Positions 22,676 through 29,369 of a stretch of 32,000 bases of DNA are shown here, one piece after another. Position 1 is the stretch's first letter. Each line of letters begins with the position of its first letter. The DNA is from Candidatus Aenigmatarchaeota archaeon (lineage in GTDB: Archaea; Aenigmatarchaeota; Aenigmatarchaeia; GW2011-AR5; WALA01): positions 2,961 through 34,960 of the forward strand of contig WALQ01000028.1 of assembly GCA_015522745.1 (NCBI GenBank). Direction: 5' to 3'. Made by a program: the position numbers and the translations under genes. Below the pieces are notes generated by a model. That model did not search any database, was not told the origin of the DNA, and saw nothing but the letters and a program-made list of their open reading frames with translations.

Positions 22676-23251
22676 TCATCGACCCCCGATGCGCAACTCC
22701 CTACTTTCTACAAGGCGTCGTATATTCTCCCTGTGTGTGTAAAAAATCAGTGCTGACATCACAATCGCCGCCAATGCGCTTCCAACGTGGCCGAAAATGG
22801 CAAGGAGCATGGGCGCCCAAATGGATATGGACAGACTATTGACTGAGACGATTCTCGTTTCCACTATGCCCACGACCGCCATGGCGAGAAGCAAGAGTGC
22901 TATTTTCCAATCAACAAATAGCAAGAATCCGAAAAACGTCGATACACCCTTTCCTGCGCGAAATTTCAGAAACATGGAGAATACGTGACCAATCATTGCG
23001 AACATTCCGGCAATCGGAACAAATTGAGTGCTGTATATGCTTGCTATGTAGCACGCCAAATAAGCTTTAGTAACGTCCAGTGCTCCGCACAAAAGCGCGT
23101 AGTATGGTCCGAGAGCACGGGACACGTTCGTCGCGCCAACATTGCCGCTACCAATCTCCCTTATGTCAATTCCTTTCAGCTTTGGGATTATGTACGAGAA
23201 CGGGACAGATCCTATGAGATAAGACAATATTGATATTTCAACAGCATTCAT
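22676..23251 (-). CDS. plsY: PlsY-family acyl-phosphate:glycerol-3-phosphate acyltransferase, canonical paralog 1
   Basis: YLIGSVPFSYIIPKLKGIDIREIGSGNVGATNVSRALG…IGHVFSMFLKFRAGKGVSTFFG closely matches the bacterial PlsY motifs. Confidence 0.8.
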   Translation of the reverse strand: MNAVEISILSYLIGSVPFSYIIPKLKGIDIREIGSGNVGATNVSRALGPYYALLCGALDVTKAYLACYIASIYSTQFVPIAGMFAMIGHVFSMFLKFRAGKGVSTFFGFLLFVDWKIALLLLAMAVVGIVETRIVSVNSLSISIWAPMLLAIFGHVGSALAAIVMSALIFYTHRENIRRLVESRELRIGGR

Positions 23252-23254
23252 GCA

Positions 23255-24061
23255 TCACACCATGTGGAATGAGACTATGAGGCATCTCGGACCCAAATGC
23301 GCCATTAGAGCCGGTCCGAGCGGCTCTATGTAGCTTTCATTTACATTGAATTGCTCCTTTATTTTTTTCATGAGCTCATCCGCCTTTTCGCGGACGCTGC
23401 CATGAACAACCATGACGTTTATCTTCTCGTCGGTCACGTACGTCCCGAGCTTTTTTACGAGTCGCTCTATGGGGTCTCCCCTGAGCGACGATGTGGATTT
23501 TATTTCTCCGTCCACGAGCTCGAACATGGGTTTAAGTGATAGCGCACGGGCAATCAGTCCCTTGGCGGCAGGAATGCGTCCGCTCTTTACAGCATTCTTC
23601 AACGTGTCGAGAACGCCGAACGTTTTCATCTTGTCACGAAGCTCAATAACCTTCTCAACATCCTTGAGCTGAGACGCTTTCATTGCGAGATAACCGAGCA
23701 TGAACGCTCCCGTTTTGCTGTCTATGACCGTGACCCTTTTGTCGTGCGTGCGCTCGAAAATCTTCTTGGCGAGAAGGGCGGAGTTGTAGATACCGCTCAG
23801 CTTCGATGAAATCGTGATGACTGTTACATCGTCGTTCGCACGCTCGTATGCGTCCAAAAACGCCTTTGGGCTTGGCTGAGATGTTTTAACTTCGGCGCGT
23901 TCTATGTATTCCATTATTTGCGAGCGCACACTTTCGTCATTGAGCTTGTCGGATGTTATCTCACTGTCGCCATAGTAAACTATTATGGGAACTACGTCTA
24001 TACCGTACTTCTCGGGATTCTGTAAATCAGATGTTCCATCAGTTATGATTTTCATTTTCAA
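23255..24061 (-). CDS. DegV-family fatty-acid-binding protein (FakB-like)
   Basis: 268 aa. MKIITDGTSDL…YGIDVVPIIVY…TSQPSP…ITISSKLSGIYNSA… is the characteristic DegV N-terminal pattern. Overlaps the upstream Dak2 gene by 4 nt (ATGA). Confidence 0.8.
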   Translation of the reverse strand: MKMKIITDGTSDLQNPEKYGIDVVPIIVYYGDSEITSDKLNDESVRSQIMEYIERAEVKTSQPSPKAFLDAYERANDDVTVITISSKLSGIYNSALLAKKIFERTHDKRVTVIDSKTGAFMLGYLAMKASQLKDVEKVIELRDKMKTFGVLDTLKNAVKSGRIPAAKGLIARALSLKPMFELVDGEIKSTSSLRGDPIERLVKKLGTYVTDEKINVMVVHGSVREKADELMKKIKEQFNVNESYIEPLGPALMAHLGPRCLIVSFHMV

Positions 24062-24984
24062 TCACGCGAGAAAAACATGTGCCTGTGGAGTATTTTCATG
24101 TCATCAACTTTCATTGCCTTGATTATGCCGTGGGAAGAGCACACGCGCTGAACTTTCCACGGTTCGTTTGTGTGGACGTGGACTTTTACGTAGTGTTCGA
24201 GCTTTCCGACCTCCACAGAGTCGCCGAGTTTCTTGAGCTCATTGAACAGACCTTCAGACTGGCCTATAAAAAGAATTTCCGTGCAGTACCTGAATTTTAT
24301 GCGCTCATTCCTCTTCACTGGGGTCTCGACGTCGACTTTCGGTGGGTGCATGTTGAAGGCAACCATCCAACCTTCGAGTATGTAGAGGAATCCAAGACCA
24401 CCCGCATCGACGACACCATAATCCTCAAGCTCTTTCAATTGGTCCTTTGTACGTTTCAGCGATTCACGAGCTCCGAACACAGCGTTCTTTATGACGTCGA
24501 GCACGCTTTCTCCGTGGCGGACGGATTCCGACGCTTCCTTTACAGCGTCCTTTATGACGGTCAGAATTGTTCCCTCCTTTGGCGAGCTCAGCGCCTTGTA
24601 TGCGTATTCCTTCGCGCATTTCAGCGCCTCGATAAAGTCACGGACGCTCAGTTTTTTCTTTCCTTTGGACTTCTCATAAAGGCCGGCAAAAAACTGAGAT
24701 ATTATCATGCCCGAGTTCCCGCGAGAATTCATGAGTGAGCTCATTGCGATTGTTTCTAGTACTTTGTCCGCCTCATTGACGTCGATTTCGCGTATCTCAT
24801 CAGACACGGACGACAACGTTGAGAACAAGTTTGTTCCCGTATCACCATCGGGGACAGGGAAGACATTTATTCTGTTTATCATGCCCTTATGGCTCTTTAT
24901 GTACTCGACCGATTTCAAGAACATCCTCTTGATGTCCTCTCCATCGAGCTCGCGAACTGCTTGCATAATTTTAATTGAGCTCAT
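24058..24984 (-). CDS. Dak2/DhaL-domain protein (short FakA/YloV-like kinase subunit)
   Basis: INVFPVPDGDTGTNL and RGNSGMIISQFFAG are the Dak2 nucleotide/Mg-binding signatures. They are followed by DAGGLGF…YCTEILF…VHVHTNEP, as in the YloV/FakA middle region. At 308 aa it is much shorter than the bacterial ~550 aa. Confidence 0.8.
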   Translation of the reverse strand: MSSIKIMQAVRELDGEDIKRMFLKSVEYIKSHKGMINRINVFPVPDGDTGTNLFSTLSSVSDEIREIDVNEADKVLETIAMSSLMNSRGNSGMIISQFFAGLYEKSKGKKKLSVRDFIEALKCAKEYAYKALSSPKEGTILTVIKDAVKEASESVRHGESVLDVIKNAVFGARESLKRTKDQLKELEDYGVVDAGGLGFLYILEGWMVAFNMHPPKVDVETPVKRNERIKFRYCTEILFIGQSEGLFNELKKLGDSVEVGKLEHYVKVHVHTNEPWKVQRVCSSHGIIKAMKVDDMKILHRHMFFSRD

Positions 24985-25031
24985 TTGCTTAAATAAATTT
25001 TTTTGCGCCGTTTATTCGACGCAAGACGAAA

Positions 25032-25658
25032 TTACTTACTCCGAGTTCCCATAAATCCGGAATAAATAAATTTCAGTGATTTTGTTAGTTCTTTATCGTC
25101 CGTTAACGGAGTCAATTTTATGGTCGTTTCGTTTGTTCCCATTGAACTCCCCGTCTTTTGATAAAGTATGCCAAGCACTGTGTCTGGGTTCGCTATGACG
25201 AGGAATTTGGGCAAAATACTTTTAATTTTATCTTCTGACAGGTTCATCAATTTTTCTATTTCGCCACCTTTCCTTAATTCGATTCCATCTTTTTTGAGGC
25301 CTCCGATGAAATAACTGTAAACAATTTTTGTCACTCTGTTGATAGGCGCTTTCGAATTCTCCTCACTGTTTGGAACATAATTGTCAATGTTCTTTATTAT
25401 CTCTTTCCCCTTTTTTGACAGAGACGGTGTTGCCTCAATGATGTAATATCCTTTGTCGCCAACTATTCTGAAATTCTGCTTCATAATCTCAACGTTGCTG
25501 TATGCTCCCTCCAGCACGTCGAGTACGGCCTTGTTCACTTTTATCTCTTCCGGGTGACCAGAACCAGTTAGAAACAATTCCCCATTTTTAAAAACTCTGT
25601 AATTCGGGAGTAATTTTCTCAATTCATTTACGTACTTTACAATTCTCTCTATGTTCAT
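25032..25658 (-). CDS. hypothetical soluble protein, 208 aa
   Basis: Clean ORF on the same strand, 47 nt upstream of the Dak2 gene. No motif was recognised. Confidence 0.55.
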   Translation of the reverse strand: MNIERIVKYVNELRKLLPNYRVFKNGELFLTGSGHPEEIKVNKAVLDVLEGAYSNVEIMKQNFRIVGDKGYYIIEATPSLSKKGKEIIKNIDNYVPNSEENSKAPINRVTKIVYSYFIGGLKKDGIELRKGGEIEKLMNLSEDKIKSILPKFLVIANPDTVLGILYQKTGSSMGTNETTIKLTPLTDDKELTKSLKFIYSGFMGTRSK

Positions 25659-25749
25659 AAAATCACAACTTTATAATAGTAAGAGAGAATATAAACGTTT
25701 CCCGTTGAGAATTTAAATACTCGTGTGGAAATTTATTTGGTGAAATCCT

Positions 25750-26301
25750 ATGGGGGAAAATGTTAAAGATCTTCTTGAGGAGCTCAAGAACACGTCAGAG
25801 CTCATTCTGGACCTCGGGTACTCGTCCGTGCTTTTTGAAAGCAAAGACATAGCGAAAGAAGTTGAGCTTCTTTACGACAATCTCGATGATGTTGAAGAAA
25901 AACTCTACGTTCACCTTTTCGCTGCGGCGCGTGGCCGCCCGTCGAGAAAGCTCGTCGGCGTCATGGACATAGTAGAGTCAGCAAGACTCGTTAGTCGTGC
26001 GGCGAGGAACTTGGCTGAGCTCGTTTTGAGCGGGCAGAAGCTGCATCCGATAATAAAAGATGCGCTCAAGGACACAGACGAAACAATTTTCAAAGTGAAA
26101 ATAGGCGGTCGCTCCGACAGGAAGACGTTACTTGAGCTCGAACTGAGGAAGCGTTATGGTGTAAACATAATAGGGATACGAAGGCACAAAAAGTGGATAT
26201 TCAATCCGAAAAAAGATACGAGACTCAAAACCGGCGACGTTGTCATTGGCGTTGGTTCGAAAGGCGCGTGCAAACATGTGAAGAGGATACTTAAGAGGTG
26301 A
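25750..26301 (+). CDS. regulatory protein with a PhoU-like N-terminal helical domain and a TrkA-C/RCK_C domain
   Basis: C-terminal LELELRKRYGVNIIGIRR…RLKTGDVVIGVGSKG is a TrkA-C pattern. The N-terminal part is helical (…ELILDLGYSSVLFESKDIAKEVELLYDNLDDVEEKL…). GGTGAA SD. Proteins with this domain pair commonly sit next to MgtE-like permeases in archaea. Confidence 0.7.
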   Translation: MGENVKDLLEELKNTSELILDLGYSSVLFESKDIAKEVELLYDNLDDVEEKLYVHLFAAARGRPSRKLVGVMDIVESARLVSRAARNLAELVLSGQKLHPIIKDALKDTDETIFKVKIGGRSDRKTLLELELRKRYGVNIIGIRRHKKWIFNPKKDTRLKTGDVVIGVGSKGACKHVKRILKR

Positions 26302-27482
26302 TTTCATGGACGGGGGCGACGACGATGAAGGAAAGCCTGGCGGCAATAATCATAAGTATAGCCACGGATTTTCTCACCGGCTTTCTTTTAGGCTCATTTA
26401 ATCATTTTTTTCTTCTTCTTCCCGGACTCATGATACTTGTGCCTGCATCCATAAGCATGCGCGGAAACGTTTTCGCGTCCCTCGGATCGCGTCTGGGGAC
26501 CGCGTTTCATCTCGGTTCCATTGAGAAATTCTCAATTGAAGAGAACGAGGTTTCAAAGAACATTTACTCGACAATTTATATCACGGCTGTTATGGCGCTT
26601 GTCCTCGGAATAATAACCAAGGCGTCTGCAATTGTCATAGGCGAACGTGCGATAAGCTTGTACGATTTCATAGTCATCGCGTTCCTCTCGGGCGTCGTGT
26701 CTGGTACCATCATGCTCGTTGTGACTTTTTTCATAACGTTCAAATCGTACGAACATAACTTCGACCCGGACAACGTGACTTCTCCACTCATTACGGGTCT
26801 CGGCGATTTGTTTACACTCCCGTCCATACTTCTTTCAGGTTATCTTGTGCTCAAGTACCACGCGCTTTCCATTGCGCTGTTCTTTGCAATTCTTGTCGGC
26901 ATCTCATACTATCTCATAAAGGGTTATAAGCGCGACAACCGCGTTTCAATAATAAAGCAGTCCATTCCAATACTCCTCATGTGCTCTCTCATAGGTATGA
27001 TATCCGGGAGCGTCATGCAGGGGAAAATAGGACTCCTCTCCACTTATCCTTCAATACTCATGCTCATACCCGTGTTTCTTGAAGAAGGCGGCAACATGGG
27101 AAATATCTTCTCATCGCGCCTTTCAACGAAGTTGCACCTTGGAGAAGTCGAGCCGAAACTTTCGAGCGTGTCAAAAATCAAAGAAGAGCTTGTGCTCGTT
27201 GGTGAGCTCTTCATAAGCGTGTTTCCCCTTGTCGGAGCTCTGACTTATGCGATATCAATCGTCGCGGGACTGAAGACACTTTCTCTCTTAAAGATGGTTT
27301 TCCTCAGTACGACTGCCGGAGCTCTACTCACGCTTATAATATTGGTTATAACTTACATTGTTTCCATATACTCTTACAAGAAAGGAATCGATCCGGACAA
27401 CGTTTCCATACCCATTCTAACGAGCGTTGCCGATGCCATAGGTGTGTCCGTGCTCATACTTGTTGCAATGATGATAATGTGA
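26298..27482 (+). CDS. MgtE-like divalent-cation transporter membrane protein with two MgtE TM repeats
   Basis: Internal duplication with PGLMILVPASISMRGN…DPDNVTSPLITGLGDLFTLP and PSILMLIPVFLEEGGN…DPDNVSIPILTSVADAIGVS. The track start at 26298 is GTG; the in-frame ATG at 26325 (MKESLAAIII…) is a likely alternative. Confidence 0.8.
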   Translation: MISWTGATTMKESLAAIIISIATDFLTGFLLGSFNHFFLLLPGLMILVPASISMRGNVFASLGSRLGTAFHLGSIEKFSIEENEVSKNIYSTIYITAVMALVLGIITKASAIVIGERAISLYDFIVIAFLSGVVSGTIMLVVTFFITFKSYEHNFDPDNVTSPLITGLGDLFTLPSILLSGYLVLKYHALSIALFFAILVGISYYLIKGYKRDNRVSIIKQSIPILLMCSLIGMISGSVMQGKIGLLSTYPSILMLIPVFLEEGGNMGNIFSSRLSTKLHLGEVEPKLSSVSKIKEELVLVGELFISVFPLVGALTYAISIVAGLKTLSLLKMVFLSTTAGALLTLIILVITYIVSIYSYKKGIDPDNVSIPILTSVADAIGVSVLILVAMMIM

Positions 27483-27486
27483 GAAG

Positions 27487-27731
27487 TGGGGTCAGAGGGA
27501 TTCGAACCCCCGTCAGCAGGTTTCTCCTGTCATCGCTCGTTTCCGAGCTCAGCGCTCCAGAAAAGCCCTTTAGAAAAGGGCTTTAACCTAAAACTTTCTG
27601 AACCCTTTTCTTTTCAAAGAAAAGCGTTCTATCGGAAAAGAAAGTTTGAAAAACTTTCTTTCAACTCCCTTCTTTCAGCGGAAGGGAGCTCTCTGGAGCC
27701 TACCGTCCTAACCAGGCTAGACTATGACCCC
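27487..27731 (-). tRNA. tRNA-Trp (anticodon CCA) interrupted by a 171-nt intron at the canonical 37/38 position
   Basis: The minus strand reads GGGGTCA-TA-GTCT-AGCCTGGTTA-GGAC-G-GTAGG-CTCCAG / intron 27692..27522 / A-CCTGC-TGAC-GGGGG-TTCGAAT-CCCTC-TGACCCC-A. All four stems pair, with U-G wobbles. The T-loop is TTCGAAT and the 3' CCA is not encoded. Exons are 27693..27731 and 27487..27521. Confidence 0.85.
27522..27692 (-). ncRNA. tRNA-Trp intron carrying a box D'/C' (K-turn-like) unit, a C34-directed guide, and four additional perfect hairpins
   Basis: CTGA (27552..27549), hairpin GCTCG-GAAA-CGAGC, then GATGA (27534..27530). The 12 nt 5' of CTGA (CTTTTCTGGAGC-G) are complementary to G31-G37 plus the first intron nucleotides. 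Guide position 5 upstream of CTGA pairs with C34. Confidence 0.6.
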
Positions 27732-27756
27732 GCTCTTAAATTATTTCTGGTAACGT

Positions 27757-27771
27757 GTTTAAATAATTAAT
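27757..27771 (-). promoter_or_regulatory. TATA-like element upstream of tRNA-Trp
   Basis: The minus strand reads ACATTAATTATTTAAACACG, centred about 31 nt upstream of tRNA position 1 (27731). Confidence 0.3.
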
Positions 27772-27874
27772 GTTTTTTTACCGCAATGACAGTGAGCCCG
27801 AAAGTTTCAAGGGTCAGGATTGTGTATGGATAATTTAATTTAAACTTTCAATCCAATTTCTTATCGGTGATGAC

Positions 27875-28354
27875 ATGGACGGATGCATATTTTGTAAAAT
27901 AGTTTCCGGCGAGATACCGAGCTTCAAAATACTCGAGACGGATAAATGCATTGCAATACTTGACATCAATCCAGCAAACCCTGGTCACACACTCATAGTG
28001 TCAAAAGAGCATTTTGACAACGTGTACTCCATAGATGACGACGTTCTTTCTGACATGATGCTCGTTGCGAAGAAAATAGCACGCCGGCTAAAAGAGAGAT
28101 TAGGGTGCAAAGGCGTAAACATAATCATGAACAATGAGAAAATTGCAGGGCAGATAATTCCGCACGCTCATATTCACGTCATACCGAGGTTCGACGACGA
28201 CAAGGTCATAATAACGTATACGAAGAAACAGATGGCGAAGGAGCAATTCGCCGAGATAGCAAAACGCCTTTCTGAAGAAGAACAAGAAGAGCACGAAGAG
28301 AGCGGGGAGGAGGCGCCGAAAGAGAACATAAAAGAGGAGTGGGTCTTCCGCTAG
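27875..28354 (+). CDS. HIT-family (histidine triad) nucleotide hydrolase/transferase with an acidic C-terminal tail
   Basis: CIFCKI… N-terminus and the histidine triad IPHAHIHVIPR. GGTGAT-GAC-ATG start. The C-terminus is EEEQEEHEESGEE. Confidence 0.85.
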   Translation: MDGCIFCKIVSGEIPSFKILETDKCIAILDINPANPGHTLIVSKEHFDNVYSIDDDVLSDMMLVAKKIARRLKERLGCKGVNIIMNNEKIAGQIIPHAHIHVIPRFDDDKVIITYTKKQMAKEQFAEIAKRLSEEEQEEHEESGEEAPKENIKEEWVFR

Positions 28355-28388
28355 ATAACTTTTAATTTCTTTCTTTTTAGTAATCAAT

Positions 28389-29357
28389 ATGCTTGTAAAA
28401 GAATCCGACCTGAAACGCCTTGCCGATGGGCTCATCAATTATTTTTACTTCTTTAATCAACACGATGAGGAGCATCAAAACGAAATAATCGTGAAAAGCA
28501 AGAAGGAGCTCATGAACGCATTGAAAAGCGACCTCGGAGACACGAAAATTTATTTTGAAGGTCGCGTGCTCTCAGATGGAATGAGCTCAGACGAATTCGA
28601 CAAAAAAGGCAAGGAGTTTAAAATAAAGATTCCCCATCCTAATCGTGTAATAAATCCGCAGAAGTTGATACGCGATCAAATAAAAAACCACAGCAAAGGA
28701 ATTTATCGAGGATACGGATGGAGGTCGCGCTCCGACAACACTTTTCGGCTCACGCCGTTGACAATGATTTTCAAAGGACTTGAGATGCTTTACTTTTTTG
28801 TTCCAAAAATTTACGAGAAGCCCGAGAACGAAAATGCGAAGAAACTTCACTTTTACCTCTCCAAAGTTTTTGACAACGTCATCCATTCCGACGATTACGG
28901 CGAGAACGCAATCGTATACGTGCCTTCCACATCAGAAGACAGGATTTACAAAATGAAAATAGAGCATGTCCCATTACATTTAGGCGAGTGGGAAAACACA
29001 AAACAATCAAACCACAACTGCGACTACGTGAATTACTTTACACTTGCCAAAAAGTACAAGAACACAATTGCGGTCTGGTGCCATCACGGCGTTGCTGCGT
29101 TTAATTACTTGAAGTGGAAATCTCAGCGCGGCGAGTACTCTGACGGGAAGAAAATACTTTCAAACATGTTCACCATACCAAATGAGAGAGATATGAACTT
29201 TTACAACAATCTCGGCAACGTTTTCATTCATGACAGCGGGTACAGGTATTTGACTATGGCCGAGAGGGAAGCGCTGCTTTGGATGCACGTTCTTGGTAAT
29301 GAGAAATCGTTTTCGTACGACAGGGAGCTCTCATCGTTCATAATAAAAATAAAATAA
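28389..29357 (+). CDS. hypothetical protein, 322 aa
   Basis: Clean ORF with ordinary composition. The only notable motif is H-N-C-x19-C-H-H-G-V-A-A-F, weakly reminiscent of a SWIM-type zinc finger. That is not enough to assign a family. Confidence 0.55.
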   Translation: MLVKESDLKRLADGLINYFYFFNQHDEEHQNEIIVKSKKELMNALKSDLGDTKIYFEGRVLSDGMSSDEFDKKGKEFKIKIPHPNRVINPQKLIRDQIKNHSKGIYRGYGWRSRSDNTFRLTPLTMIFKGLEMLYFFVPKIYEKPENENAKKLHFYLSKVFDNVIHSDDYGENAIVYVPSTSEDRIYKMKIEHVPLHLGEWENTKQSNHNCDYVNYFTLAKKYKNTIAVWCHHGVAAFNYLKWKSQRGEYSDGKKILSNMFTIPNERDMNFYNNLGNVFIHDSGYRYLTMAEREALLWMHVLGNEKSFSYDRELSSFIIKIK

Positions 29358-29369
29358 AAAAGGAGAAGT

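Noticed and set aside
26306-26401. 31-codon ORF (MDGGDDDEGKPGGNNHKYSHGFSHRLSFRLI) with a perfect GGTGAT-TTC-ATG signal, out of frame over the MgtE-like start; possible leader peptide
   Set aside because: The SD is simply the end of the upstream gene (AGG TGA). The peptide has no recognisable feature, and there is no attenuator-like structure. It is too speculative without conservation data.
27513-27516. CTGA inside tRNA exon 2 (positions 43-46), 13 nt after the intron GATGA; could be read as a box C-guide-box D unit
   Set aside because: The intervening 13 nt (CAGGAGAAACCTG) have no complement in the tRNA. Part of that stretch is needed for the anticodon stem and the BHB helix. It is most likely coincidental.
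27486-27770. 94-aa plus-strand ORF from the track (MGSEGFEPPSAGFSC…)
   Set aside because: It is the antisense strand of the tRNA-Trp gene and its structured intron. There is no SD or promoter, and the composition is driven by the hairpin repeats.
29013-29087. Possible SWIM-type zinc finger (H-N-C-x19-C-H-H-G-V-A-A-F) in the 322-aa hypothetical protein
   Set aside because: The first half lacks the canonical C-x-C, and only the CxH…A half fits. This is insufficient for a family call without a profile search.
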